64,000 nt of DNA from a virus, in the IMG/VR virus record IMGVR_UViG_3300045391_006990, positions 32,001 through 96,000 of that record; one strand, 5' to 3'. The notes beneath the pieces were generated by a model. That model did no database searches. It was not told where the DNA came from and was given only the letters and a program-made list of their open reading frames with translations. Shown here piece after piece: positions 1-9,988 of the stretch. Positions within the stretch are counted from its first letter, which is position 1; every line of letters begins with the position of its first letter. A program made the position numbers and the translations under genes.

Positions 1-2886
1 GATCCCGCCGTTGGAGAGACGAATATTACCCGCTGAGGCGGGGTTGGTACCAATGCTGAGCGCGGTTGGAAGGGTCACCAGATTGGTGGCGACCGTCAAT
101 TGCGCAACAGAGGCGATCGAAACAGTGACCGGACCAGTTGTGGCGCCTACGGCAATGGTGTCGCCGTTGAGTACGGTAGCTACTCCAGTAGCTGTGCTCC
201 CTAGCACCAGCGTGTTGGCGGTGTTGCCCCACTGAATGATCGAACGGTTCAGAGTACCGCCCGAATCGAACCCGTTCATCGTGAAGCCGTGGGGCACACG
301 AAAGTTACCGGAGCTGGCTGGCGTAGTACCAAGCAGCAGACTGCCGGTTGTAATGATGTTCTGCGCAACGAAGTTCGGCACCACAAAGGAGCCAGCTAGC
401 TGATTCGAAACGGCGTCGGTGTCTGACAGATCGATGGCACCCCAACCCACTACGCCGGCGAGTCGGCGAAGGATCTGCCCATCCGCCGTAGAAGAGATGT
501 CGGCGTAAGGGCCGCCCGTGGCTGCCGAACGACCGATCACTGAAGCAGCGGTACCGTTTGCGAGCTTGGCAAGCGTCACGCTGCTGTTGCTCAAGCCACC
601 GGTGGCAATGGTGCTGAAGACCAGAGCGGTACCTGCGCTGTTCACTACCAATACTTGATCGGCCGCGCCGGTGATGGCAGCCATCGCACCAGCCGTCGAG
701 GCGCTGCGCCCGAGCACCGAAAGACCTGCTAGATTCGCCAGATTGGCAAATGGGAGCAAACCCGTTACCGCATCCGCATCCGCAAGGTCTACGGCACCCC
801 ACGCAGGCACGTTGCCCGTCGTATTGATGAGCACCTGACCAACAGCAGTGCCTCCTGCGATAGAACCAGCGGCTACCGTCGCCCACGTGAGGGCACCTGC
901 AACCCGCTGCAAAATCTGCCCATCCGCTGTAGCTGCGATGGAAGCTTGCACACCAACGGTGCCCGCAGCTCTTCCGAACACGGAAGTAGCACTGCCGTCT
1001 GCAATGTTGCTGAACGGAAGAAGGCCTGATACCGCATCCGTGTCGGCTAGATCTATGGCGCCGAACGCGATGACACCAGCGGCCCCGCGTCGCAAAACCT
1101 GACCATCGGCAGTGGATGCGATGTCGGCGTAGGCACCAATAGTTGCAGCTGAGCGCCCTAGAACGGAGGACGCTGTCGCGTTGGCAAGTTTGGCGAGAGT
1201 AACCGCACTGTTGGCAAGGCCAGCTGTCTGCACTTGCCCGAAAGCGAGCGAAGTACCTGCCGTGTTTACAGCTAGTACTTGGTCAGCGGTGCCGGTGATC
1301 GCGGCCATTACACCGAGCGTTGCGGCAGCACGTCCCAGCACCGAGAGGCCGGTGAGGCTAGCCAAATTGGCTAGTGGCAGGAGGCCGGTAACTGCGTCAG
1401 TGTCAGCTAGGTCGACAGCTCCGAAAGCAAGAGCCCCTCCTGCACGCCGCAAAACCTGACCGTCAGCAGAACTAGCAATTGACGCCATAACGCCGATGCT
1501 GTTTGCACTACGACCAAACAACGAAGCAGCCGAACCGTTCGCGATGTTCGCAAACGGCAGCAGACCTGTGACCTTAGTCGTGGACAGATCGACGGCGCCG
1601 ACTGCGAGCTCATTCCCAGTGATACCGCCAGTCGAAACCTTCAGTCCAGAAACAGAGGACGACAGCGTTGCGCCGTCGTGCATGATGCTGAGGACGTTGC
1701 CGACCTTCTGAAGACCATTGCCTGCCGAGATAGTGCTCGAACCGAAGTCCTGCACCGTTAGGTTGTTGGTACCAACGACGGCTGAACCCGTGTCGCTGGT
1801 AACGAGGAATTCACGATCGGCGAACGTACCCTCTTCGACGATGAAGTAGGCACCCGACACATCCATGCCGGTGTTGAAGTCGCTAGGTCGCGTCCAAGCA
1901 CCGGCATGAGCTACCCAGATGCCATTTTCTTTGGGGTCGGTCTGCCCGCCCAAGCCAGTGCGGTCTCCGTCGTTGAGGCTACCGAGACCACCAAACGCGC
2001 CGAGACCGCTGAGTGTGACGTTGGTGTTCGAATAAGCACGAACGTTACCCTTCGGGTCGAGCCCATTGATGAGCGATTGGACCTGCCCCAGGTTCACCGC
2101 ATCGCTAGCAGCCACGCCGTTGGCGAGCGAGGTGATCTTGAAACCACCCATGCTCTGACTGCCGGTAAAGGCAACCGTGCCATCCTTCTTGATGAAGGCG
2201 CCGAGGGAGAGGCCGCTGTCCTTGATCGAGGTACCAGACGTGCCGTTCCATGTCACGATGTTGTCAGCGACAACAGCCGCTCCGGGACCACTTACGTCAC
2301 CTGCACCGCCACCGCTCGGCGGCGCGCCTGCCCAACGACCGCTAACCACGGTGAGCACGTCACCAGGATTGGAGGGAGCTGGCGGCATGTGCTTCGCCAG
2401 CAATTCGCTCAATAAGCCGTCGAGGCCGGTACCGTGCCAACCGAAGTCCTGCCCATCGAAGTTCATCTCGTTGGGCTTGGCAGTCGGGTCGCCCGTGCGC
2501 GGGTCAGGCAGTGGCAGCGGCCAGACCATGGAGGGTGGTACGAGTGCGCCGTTGAGCTCACGAACCGAGAAATTGCGGATGTCGATGCTGGTCGGATCGC
2601 CAGCCCGATTGGGGACATCCCACACCTTCAAGACGATGCGAAAACTACGGCGTACGTCGGGCGTGAAGCTAGCCGCCGGCGTGGAGCTGGCGTTGTTGAA
2701 AGCGAGCGTGGCGATGGCGACCGCGCTCGTGGGGTCCGCGTACGCAACGTCGATTTGCCACGACTGGACGCCGCTGTTGTTGACGTTCGAGATGTTGACG
2801 GCGGTGCTCAAAACACCGACGAGCGCGCGTCCATCCCCACCAACAGTGACGCCCTGTGTGAACTTCAAAAGCGCGCTTGCGGGCAT
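1..2886 (-). CDS. Long tail fibre / virion fibre protein, partial (3' end beyond the window, at least 962 aa)
   Basis: Read manually. ATG at 2886 has a GGAG SD and TGaTATACT upstream, and the frame is open to base 1. It is missing from the ORF track because there is no stop in the window. Contains the neck-like ITSLANGVAASDAVNLGQ, the fibre motif GQTDPKENGIW..GAWTRPSD, and Ala/Gly/Thr-rich internal repeats. Confidence 0.85.
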   Translation of the reverse strand, partial: MPASALLKFTQGVTVGGDGRALVGVLSTAVNISNVNNSGVQSWQIDVAYADPTSAVAIATLAFNNASSTPAASFTPDVRRSFRIVLKVWDVPNRAGDPTSIDIRNFSVRELNGALVPPSMVWPLPLPDPRTGDPTAKPNEMNFDGQDFGWHGTGLDGLLSELLAKHMPPAPSNPGDVLTVVSGRWAGAPPSGGGAGDVSGPGAAVVADNIVTWNGTSGTSIKDSGLSLGAFIKKDGTVAFTGSQSMGGFKITSLANGVAASDAVNLGQVQSLINGLDPKGNVRAYSNTNVTLSGLGAFGGLGSLNDGDRTGLGGQTDPKENGIWVAHAGAWTRPSDFNTGMDVSGAYFIVEEGTFADREFLVTSDTGSAVVGTNNLTVQDFGSSTISAGNGLQKVGNVLSIMHDGATLSSSVSGLKVSTGGITGNELAVGAVDLSTTKVTGLLPFANIANGSAASLFGRSANSIGVMASIASSADGQVLRRAGGALAFGAVDLADTDAVTGLLPLANLASLTGLSVLGRAAATLGVMAAITGTADQVLAVNTAGTSLAFGQVQTAGLANSAVTLAKLANATASSVLGRSAATIGAYADIASTADGQVLRRGAAGVIAFGAIDLADTDAVSGLLPFSNIADGSATSVFGRAAGTVGVQASIAATADGQILQRVAGALTWATVAAGSIAGGTAVGQVLINTTGNVPAWGAVDLADADAVTGLLPFANLANLAGLSVLGRSASTAGAMAAITGAADQVLVVNSAGTALVFSTIATGGLSNSSVTLAKLANGTAASVIGRSAATGGPYADISSTADGQILRRLAGVVGWGAIDLSDTDAVSNQLAGSFVVPNFVAQNIITTGSLLLGTTPASSGNFRVPHGFTMNGFDSGGTLNRSIIQWGNTANTLVLGSTATGVATVLNGDTIAVGATTGPVTVSIASVAQLTVATNLVTLPTALSIGTNPASAGNIRLSNGGI
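400..1620 (-). repeat. Intragenic tail-fibre repeats (~60-aa modules, arranged partly as ~120-aa units)
   Basis: The anchor (F/W)GA(I/V)DLxDxDAV recurs near 410, 767, 1031, 1391 and 1571. SV(L/F/I)GRSA and ADGQ(V/I)LRR also recur. Confidence 0.85.
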
Positions 2887-2941
2887 TTTTCTCCAGTGCC
2901 GAGTATATCAACCTGCTCCCAGCATCCCCAAAGCTGGACCG

Positions 2942-2970
2942 TTGCGTCAGAGGCCGGCCGCACGTACGCT
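2942..2970 (+). promoter_or_regulatory. Sigma70-like promoter for a leaderless transcript
   Basis: TTGCGT-17 bp-TACGCT, ending 7 nt before GTG 2978. No SD. Confidence 0.55.
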
Positions 2971-2977
2971 TGACACC

Positions 2978-3322
2978 GTGAGCAAAGGCATTCCGGTGCA
3001 CTTCCAGCTGTTAGATCCCGAAGTCGCTCGCAAAGCAGTGGAGGGGCACGAGGACATCCTCGCCGGCGAGACCAAGAAAGCCGAGGCGCTCTATCGCCAG
3101 CACAAGCGTTGCCCCAACGGCTGCGGCGACACGATGGAGAAAAGCCACGGCGGTATTGAGTTTGCCTTCTCCGACAAGAGCTGGCTCATCCCCCGCTGCT
3201 TGATGAAGTGCCACGCATGTGGTTGCTGTCTCAACCCGTTCGACGGGATGCTTGTCGAACCTGGCAACAAGGACGTGGCCAAGATCGGTCACATCCCTAT
3301 CCTCAACCCGAACGACGGTTGA
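2978..3322 (+). CDS. Hypothetical Cys-rich (zinc-ribbon) protein, 114 aa
   Basis: C-terminal part of track ORF 2177..3322. Contains CPNGC...CHACGC and fills the gap between two minus-strand genes. Confidence 0.7.
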   Translation: MSKGIPVHFQLLDPEVARKAVEGHEDILAGETKKAEALYRQHKRCPNGCGDTMEKSHGGIEFAFSDKSWLIPRCLMKCHACGCCLNPFDGMLVEPGNKDVAKIGHIPILNPNDG

Positions 3323-6300
3323 TGTTCAGCACATCGGCCACGAAGGCAGCTAGGCGGCCTGTGTTGAGCGCATTTTGCGAGCGCTGCGCCTGTACTGTGC
3401 GGTCGTAGTTGTGCACGATGGCAATGAGGTCGACCGGGTTCACGACACTGGTGGCTCCACGCTGGTACGCGATGCCGTTCAAGTCACTCACTTCGAGGAA
3501 GTCGGAGGGGAAGAGGCTACGGATGTAGTTCTCCATGTCCGTTGTCACGAGCGCAGCACTTGAGCCACCCACGTACTCGAAATCGAAGCGCACGAAGTGC
3601 GGGATGAGGTGGCGCGCCAATGGGTTCGAGCAGACCACGCGCTCGGTTTCGCCGAGCATGAAGCTCTGCACATCCGAAACGATGGTCGCGCGCTCGTACG
3701 TCACCTCGATGTTCTGCCCGGTGATCTGCGTTGCATTGGCCGGACTGTCGGCAGTCCCGACTTCCAGAATGGAGCGCGAGATGTGCAACGTCGGCTTCTC
3801 GGTCATCGAGAAGGTGAGGTTCGGGTTGTCGTTCGACAGGTAGTAGCCGTCGCTGCGATAGCCCTCGGCAGTTAGCTGCTGATCGCTCGAGATGTTGAAG
3901 TGGTCACCCGTACCCTCACTCACTAGCTCGACGTCGAAGTAGTAGAGCCCGGCCTCGGCCGTGTTGGCACTCATCTGCGTAGAGCTGATGCGCTGCGTGG
4001 AAGGACGGCGGATCTCGAATCCCTCTTGCTGTTCGAGCGCAGGCATAGAAGCAGGAAAGGGTTTGTCAGAACTAATCGTGAGCGTGGTCGTCGACACGAA
4101 AATGATGGAGTAGGTGCCAGCATGTGCCGCTGTGTTGTTGGTGTCGGTCGCCGTGTTCAGTCCGAGCAGCGTGTTGGCCGAACCTGTAGAGCGCACGATG
4201 ATGGACACATCGCTCTCGAATTCGATCTGGTTCGAGCCATTGATGCGCGCGATGGTCTTGCCGACAGCGCTGTTGATTTGAGCGGCCACGCCCGCCCGAC
4301 TCACGTCGGTGGGGAAGCCCATGAGGTCGCTGGCCAAGATCACCGTCTGGTCGGCACCACCGTCGAGGCTGAGCACCACCGACTTGAGCGCCAAGTTCAC
4401 AACGGGGTCGGCCAGAGCGACGGTGCCTGCAATCGGCACGTACTTGATGACCAGCTCGTCGCCAGGGACGATGCCGCTTAGGATGAAGTCCTGCGAGATG
4501 GAGCTGAACGTGGTGCCGCCGCCCGTGCTTTGCCCGTCCTTAGGCAAGACCGTCGACGGCGCCGCCGGGATCTTCAAAGAGTCCAGCGTGGGGTCTGGGA
4601 AGTAACGGACGAGCGAGCCGTCGGCCAACGTCGCCGAGAAGAACGAGGTGCGGTTGAATTCGATGCTGGTGGGCTCGAGGAAGTAGCAGCGCGCGCTGCC
4701 AATAGAACGGGCGCCGACCTGCAGGTGCCGACGCACTTCCGGAGCGAACGAGGCCAGCTCATCGCGGATGGGCACAGCGCCAGACAGCAGTGCGGTGTTG
4801 GCCGAGTCGCCGAAGAACGTCGAGCCAAAGTGTAGGTTGCCGTAGAAGCCGATTTGGTTGCCGTCGAGAGCTTGCGCGACGTCCAGGTCGTCCTGATTGA
4901 TGGCCGGCGACACGCTGCTCCAGCCGCCCAGGCCGTCGACCGCCGCCGATCGGATGTCCGAGCTCGTACGGGCTTGGGTGTCGCCGAAGAGCCCAGTCAT
5001 CGCCGTACCGCTGAGCACGCGCGTGAGCGGGTCGAGAGGTACGATACCCACACGGTCGCCGGCGGCGTCCGGCACCACCACCGCCAGTACGGTGTTCGGT
5101 CCTAGGAAACCTGACGCGGCCGCGTTGATTTCGGCCACCGCTTGAGCAGCTGTCTTGTTGCCGGCCGTAAACGCAAACGACACCGTCGGGTAACCAGTGA
5201 TGTGGCTGTCAAACGTGATGTTGAGCGTGAGTCCGCCGATGATGAAGTTCCCGAGCGGCGTAGGCTGAGAGACGATTCCCAAAACAGCATCTGTCACATC
5301 GACCTTCACTCCACGCCCAGGGTTCTCGAAGGCGCGGCTCTGAATGTCGACAGGTCGCGCGTACGGAATGGTCGAGCCCACCGGCTGGCCCGAGGTGTCG
5401 AGCAGCTCGATCTTCGTGATGCGCACGAGCGGCAGCTGGATGCCGCCGGTCGTGTTGGGCTTGAAGATGCTGTAGTTGAGCCCACTCGCCGAAGCAGTCA
5501 GGTCGCGGTCGACCTGCACCGAATTGAAAGCAGGCAGCGCCTTCACCGTGAAATCGCCAGCATCGAGGCCGTCGAAGATGCGCACGGTGTCGCCAACGCT
5601 CACGCCGAGCGCAGAGAAGTCCACGCTGCCTGCCGTCGAAAGCACATCGGTGTGCTGCACCGACTGCAGGTCGGCGCCAGAAACGCGCGTGTCTTTGGGG
5701 TCGGTCAAGTCGACGTCGATGATGTCGACCAAGCGCCAGCGGAAGCTGCCAGCGACCACGGGCGTCGCCGTATCGAGCGTGAGGATGGGCGACGATGCCG
5801 TCACCTGCAACACGTTCAAGACGCGGTAGTTGCCAGCGTTGGGGCCGTCGAGGATCTGCAGTGTGAAGCCGAACTGTTTGGCCTCGGAGAGCGCAATGTA
5901 GGTCTCGTCGTCGATGGCGTACGTGGTGCCGAGCACCAAGTCGTTGAGCGTGACCAGCCCCGCACCCGTGTGCTCGAGGTCGACGCCGCTCGCCGCCGGC
6001 GCTGCGTCGGTGAGGTTTTCGATGACCAGAGAGGCTTCATCGAAATCCGAGCCGCGCACGCTGGCGTCGTAGAGCCCGCCGACGTGGACCTCGTTGTCCG
6101 GGATCGTGACCGTCCCCTCGGCCGAGTCGGGGAAGAGAATTCCACCTGGGATGGAACTGAGGGTGAGCTCCTCCTTCCGCAGCGACCACGGCCGGCCGGT
6201 GTAGAAAGGCGCCAAGACCTGGTCCTCGACCTCCACCGTGTCGGGCGCGAGCACGCGGCTAACGCGTAGATCGCGCACCAGCGGCGGGCCGGCGAAGGCG

Positions 6301-7313
6301 TGGAAGACGGTCAGGACGAAGCTGCCGGGGCTCAGGGGGTCGACCAGCGCGGTGAAATCGACACCGGCGTCCAGGACCGTGAAGCGACGCGTCGTAGGCC
6401 GGCCGGTGCCATCGACGGCCGTGCTGCCCTGCATGCCTCCGGCGAGCACGGCGCCGAGCCCGCCGCCGCGAAGCACGTCGCGCTGCATCTCCGGGTCGCC
6501 GAAGCCCACCACGGCCAGGCGCGTGACCTCGGGGAAGGCCTTGGGGATGCGCGCACCGATGCCGCGCAGCGTAACCATGGAACGCTCTGTGAGCTCCTGC
6601 TCCGTACGGTCGACGAAATCGACGGCCGTCTCCTCGTCCTGACCGGTGCGGAAGCGGCGCAGGTTGGTGACCTTGGCCGTGCCCTCCAGATTTGCGACGT
6701 TGAGGATTTCGTTCGGGCCGATGTTGTATGAGACGCCGGCGGCCTCGGCGATGCAGTTGACGTCGAAGTAGTAGAGGCTGCCCTCCACGTTGAGCAGCAT
6801 CTCGTCGACGGTGATGTCCTGCTTGCCGTCAGGGAAGTAGTGCAGGCCGGTCTTCGACGTGAAGAAGTTGCTCGGCGTGATGGTCACCGTGCGCGGTTGC
6901 GCAAAGTACACGCGAGTGATGCCACGTGCGAAGTCACCACGTTCTCGGTTGCTGAATAGGTTGGCGCCGAGTGCTTCCGCTTCTTCCGTCGTCAGCGTCG
7001 TAGGGTCCTTGAACGACAAGCTGCCGCGAATACGGAAGACCTCTCGTACGAAGGGGTCCCAAAGCAGCGTCGCCGGCTTGATGAGCAAGTCGGTGATGGC
7101 GTCACCCTCGTCACTGGCGAGCTCGGGGAAGGCTTGCTTGATGCGGTCGTTGAGGAACACGGCCAGGTCGACCGAGAAGGGGTCGGTGCCCAGGCGGCGC
7201 AGGATCGGCTGAATTACCTGCGTATCCGCCGGCGAGCCCGGCGTGATGTCCATGTTCTCGTCGAAGGCACGAAAGCGTTCTTGGATGAAGATCTGAAGGT
7301 CACGTACGGCCAT
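3303..7313 (-). CDS. Baseplate J/gp6-like wedge protein with large beta-rich insertions, 1336 aa
   Basis: N-terminal DITPGSP and GQDEETAVDFVDR match baseplate-J style motifs. Adjacent to a gp25-like gene and the tail fibre. Confidence 0.75.
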   Translation of the reverse strand: MAVRDLQIFIQERFRAFDENMDITPGSPADTQVIQPILRRLGTDPFSVDLAVFLNDRIKQAFPELASDEGDAITDLLIKPATLLWDPFVREVFRIRGSLSFKDPTTLTTEEAEALGANLFSNRERGDFARGITRVYFAQPRTVTITPSNFFTSKTGLHYFPDGKQDITVDEMLLNVEGSLYYFDVNCIAEAAGVSYNIGPNEILNVANLEGTAKVTNLRRFRTGQDEETAVDFVDRTEQELTERSMVTLRGIGARIPKAFPEVTRLAVVGFGDPEMQRDVLRGGGLGAVLAGGMQGSTAVDGTGRPTTRRFTVLDAGVDFTALVDPLSPGSFVLTVFHAFAGPPLVRDLRVSRVLAPDTVEVEDQVLAPFYTGRPWSLRKEELTLSSIPGGILFPDSAEGTVTIPDNEVHVGGLYDASVRGSDFDEASLVIENLTDAAPAASGVDLEHTGAGLVTLNDLVLGTTYAIDDETYIALSEAKQFGFTLQILDGPNAGNYRVLNVLQVTASSPILTLDTATPVVAGSFRWRLVDIIDVDLTDPKDTRVSGADLQSVQHTDVLSTAGSVDFSALGVSVGDTVRIFDGLDAGDFTVKALPAFNSVQVDRDLTASASGLNYSIFKPNTTGGIQLPLVRITKIELLDTSGQPVGSTIPYARPVDIQSRAFENPGRGVKVDVTDAVLGIVSQPTPLGNFIIGGLTLNITFDSHITGYPTVSFAFTAGNKTAAQAVAEINAAASGFLGPNTVLAVVVPDAAGDRVGIVPLDPLTRVLSGTAMTGLFGDTQARTSSDIRSAAVDGLGGWSSVSPAINQDDLDVAQALDGNQIGFYGNLHFGSTFFGDSANTALLSGAVPIRDELASFAPEVRRHLQVGARSIGSARCYFLEPTSIEFNRTSFFSATLADGSLVRYFPDPTLDSLKIPAAPSTVLPKDGQSTGGGTTFSSISQDFILSGIVPGDELVIKYVPIAGTVALADPVVNLALKSVVLSLDGGADQTVILASDLMGFPTDVSRAGVAAQINSAVGKTIARINGSNQIEFESDVSIIVRSTGSANTLLGLNTATDTNNTAAHAGTYSIIFVSTTTLTISSDKPFPASMPALEQQEGFEIRRPSTQRISSTQMSANTAEAGLYYFDVELVSEGTGDHFNISSDQQLTAEGYRSDGYYLSNDNPNLTFSMTEKPTLHISRSILEVGTADSPANATQITGQNIEVTYERATIVSDVQSFMLGETERVVCSNPLARHLIPHFVRFDFEYVGGSSAALVTTDMENYIRSLFPSDFLEVSDLNGIAYQRGATSVVNPVDLIAIVHNYDRTVQAQRSQNALNTGRLAAFVADVLNINRRSG

Positions 7314-7316
7314 TTG

Positions 7317-7973
7317 CTAAACCTCGAGCCTCGCCACCGCAGAGCGCCCCGCCTGCGACACCACTTCGATGGAAGCGATGAGCGCGGTCTCGTTCTTGTT
7401 GAAGCCGGCCGAGACCACGCGCGCCGTCAGCATGCGCTCGTCGGGCGGGATGCTCTGGTTGCGGCTCTGAATCTGGATGACCTGGCGTACGGTGTTGTCG
7501 ACGCTCACGATGAAGTCGCCGACGATGTCCGTGCCGTCTTCGACGCTCACGCTCTGGCCAAGGTGGACGAGCGCTCCACCGCCGAGCTTCGGTGCGAAGA
7601 TGTCGGTGCCGGGCGTTTGGAAGAGGATGCGCAGGAAGAGCTGCAGCAGACGTAGGATGCCGCGTACCTTGCTGGGCGTACGTCCGATACGGAAGCGGAT
7701 GACGCTGCGAGGCGTGACGGTGAGCTTCTTGCTCAACACCGAAATCGACGAGATCGTCGAATCCTTTAGCGCCTGCGGCACCTCGGCAATGAGCCGGTTC
7801 TTCGTGACGATGATGAACGAAGGTGAGGGCACTTCGTTCATCAGAACTTCATCGACTGAACGGAAGTCGTCGCCGATGACTTCCAGTGTACGCACCGGCA
7901 ACCCAGGGACAGGGCGAGCCAGGCTCACCTTCACCGTCTCCTGCGGGAACGCGATCTGAAAGTCGACAGCCAC
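7317..7973 (-). CDS. Baseplate wedge gp25-like protein
   Basis: LFLRILFQTPGTDIFAPKLGGG resembles the gp25/GPW IL.T..G.....P.FG motif. Lies directly upstream of the J-like gene. Confidence 0.65.
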   Translation of the reverse strand: MAVDFQIAFPQETVKVSLARPVPGLPVRTLEVIGDDFRSVDEVLMNEVPSPSFIIVTKNRLIAEVPQALKDSTISSISVLSKKLTVTPRSVIRFRIGRTPSKVRGILRLLQLFLRILFQTPGTDIFAPKLGGGALVHLGQSVSVEDGTDIVGDFIVSVDNTVRQVIQIQSRNQSIPPDERMLTARVVSAGFNKNETALIASIEVVSQAGRSAVARLEV

Positions 7974-7995
7974 AGCTCATCGTACCATTCCGTTG

Positions 7996-8037
7996 AGGGG
8001 CTAAAAAAGAAGAAGCCCCGGTGTGAACGGGGCTTCT
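7996..8037 (-). terminator. Rho-independent terminator
   Basis: GAAGCCCCG-ttcacac-CGGGGCTTC followed by TTCTTTTTTAGCCCC. Confidence 0.85.
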
Positions 8038-8105
8038 CCAGCGTCGCGTGGCGTCAGGGGAACGTGTCTCGTGCACGTTCATCCTTGCCTACGTCGATCC
8101 ATCCG

Positions 8106-9218
8106 TCAAGCAGGCATCGAAAGGCCCTTGGAAGCCAGGGCGGCCTGCAGTGCGGGCCAGGTGAACTGGTCCACCTGCCCATCCTGCGCGGACAGCGGCA
8201 CGATGCCGCTGGTTTGCTCGAGCGTGAGTACCGCCTCGGTCGTCTTCTTGCCGTATTTGCCGTCGTCCTTCGCCGGTCCGAGGTCGTAACCCAACGCCAG
8301 CAGCGCGCGCTGCAGCCGCGCCGTGGTGATGCCCGCGGGAATTCCCGTGCGCTCGGTCCACGCCTGCAGGTCGGCCGACATGTCCGGCAGGTTCATGCCG
8401 TACAGGTTCTCGAGCACCGGGCGGATGGCCTCGTAGCGGTGCGGGTAGATCGCCACGCCTGGCCCGAACGTCATCTCGCGCAGGATGGCGACAGCCCAGT
8501 CCGAGCTCCATGCCGAGATGTGCGGGTTCTGCGTGACAGCCGTCTGCAGCGACTTGTTGGCCCAGGTCGGGTTGTTCGCCGCGAACGACAGGTACGCAGC
8601 CATGAGCCCGAGCGCCAGGTCGGTACTGGGCATCGCTCCGAACACGCTCTTCGCAAACGGCAGCATGAAGCCGCCGAGGCGCTTCGCTGTGTACTCGTTC
8701 TGAATGCGGCGCGCTTCTGCGTTCTCCCACACCGTCGAGATGGCGGCTGCCCAACGCTTTCCGTAGAGTGACGTCTCCGGCGTCCACGAACCCTGCGTGC
8801 CGTCGCCGTGGATGTAGAAGAGCTGGTTCTGCTCTACGAGCGAGTCGACTTCACCGCGCCCGTCTTTGAACTTGAAGCGGTAGCGCGCCTTCTCATTCTT
8901 CTCGAACTTGAGTCCGAATTCCGCACCCAGGTCATCGACGCCTTTGATGATGTCCTCGTCGTACTCGCACACAGCGCCGAGCATGTCGCTCACCGAGTAC
9001 TGATTGCGCTCGCACCACTGGATGAGCCCACTGGTCCAACCGCAGATGTCGTAGCCATTCCAGGCGTCGTAGTGCCCGCCCTCTGTCGCGGTGATGACGG
9101 CCAGCTGCCGATCCGCTTCATTCGGACTGCTCGGCAGCACGTAGCCAAATTTGCCTTTGTAGTAGGGCCCTTCGAACTGACGATATTTCCCCCAACCGAT
9201 TTCACTTACTGCGACCAT
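8106..9218 (-). CDS. Endolysin: lysozyme-like catalytic domain plus C-terminal peptidoglycan-binding domain
   Basis: ATEGGHYDAWNGYD...SGLIQW catalytic-like region. C-terminal LQRALLALGYDLG...DGKYGKKT...DGQV is PG_binding_1-like. Confidence 0.8.
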   Translation of the reverse strand: MVAVSEIGWGKYRQFEGPYYKGKFGYVLPSSPNEADRQLAVITATEGGHYDAWNGYDICGWTSGLIQWCERNQYSVSDMLGAVCEYDEDIIKGVDDLGAEFGLKFEKNEKARYRFKFKDGRGEVDSLVEQNQLFYIHGDGTQGSWTPETSLYGKRWAAAISTVWENAEARRIQNEYTAKRLGGFMLPFAKSVFGAMPSTDLALGLMAAYLSFAANNPTWANKSLQTAVTQNPHISAWSSDWAVAILREMTFGPGVAIYPHRYEAIRPVLENLYGMNLPDMSADLQAWTERTGIPAGITTARLQRALLALGYDLGPAKDDGKYGKKTTEAVLTLEQTSGIVPLSAQDGQVDQFTWPALQAALASKGLSMPA

Positions 9219-9988
9219 GACGCCTCCACAGTAGTCGAATTCTTAGTAGCCTTCTTGGATGGATACACGCACCTGAATCCTTGCGGTAGCGCGTAAACGC
9301 TGGCGTCGAAACCGTCAGCCATCTTCTGAATGAGGTCGCAGCGCGTCTTCGCTTCGTCGTCGATGAAGTACTTCCCGGTCTTGGCCAGGAAGGGGCAGCG
9401 CCCTTGACGGTAGGCGGTGAACCACACACCGACGGGCGCGTCGGTACCGTCCTTCTGCCTGCACTCGTTCTTCCAATGAGCAAGCACGCCGTACGAGAGC
9501 CGGATGTTCGTCGCCGGATCGCGCAGCTGCTTCTCAGTCAGCTTGTCCTTCTTACGGCCCTCGGCGGTAGCCCAGTCGCGCCCGGGGAAGAGCTCCTGGA
9601 TTTCCTTCCACGGTGGCAGGTGCTTGGTGTTGCCTTTGTTCAGCTGCTGCGGGCCAACAGCGCGGCACTCCATGTGCCAAACCGGTGTGTAGCCAGCCGG
9701 CCACTGCAGGCGCGGCACATGCAAGTACGCATGTTCGTTGTGGCAGTCACCATCGGCGGGCGGTAGCCGAAAGCGTGACTCACGGTAGGTCACCGCGGAC
9801 AGAATGAGGACATCCGTCTGGCTGTCGTAGAGCAGACCGGGGGCGGCGTTGCCGTAGTGCAGCTCGACGGTCGAAGCGATGTCGTCGTTGAATTTTTTCT
9901 TCAGCTCTTCGTGACGCGCAACGTTCGGCGCCTCGCGCAAGATGAAGCCCAAGATGGTAGCGGTCAGTACTTGTAGAAAAGTCATCAC
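9206..9988 (-). CDS. Lytic transglycosylase (SLT-like) with N-terminal hydrophobic anchor
   Basis: AVTYRESRF (catalytic Glu), AVGPQQL (GLMQ-like), LRDPATNI and AY motifs. Confidence 0.65.
   Translation of the reverse strand: MMTFLQVLTATILGFILREAPNVARHEELKKKFNDDIASTVELHYGNAAPGLLYDSQTDVLILSAVTYRESRFRLPPADGDCHNEHAYLHVPRLQWPAGYTPVWHMECRAVGPQQLNKGNTKHLPPWKEIQELFPGRDWATAEGRKKDKLTEKQLRDPATNIRLSYGVLAHWKNECRQKDGTDAPVGVWFTAYRQGRCPFLAKTGKYFIDDEAKTRCDLIQKMADGFDASVYALPQGFRCVYPSKKATKNSTTVEASWSQ

Noticed and set aside
2177-2977. N-terminal 267 aa of the 381-aa plus-strand ORF
   Set aside because: It is antisense to the tail-fibre gene. The real start is probably GTG 2978, behind a promoter.
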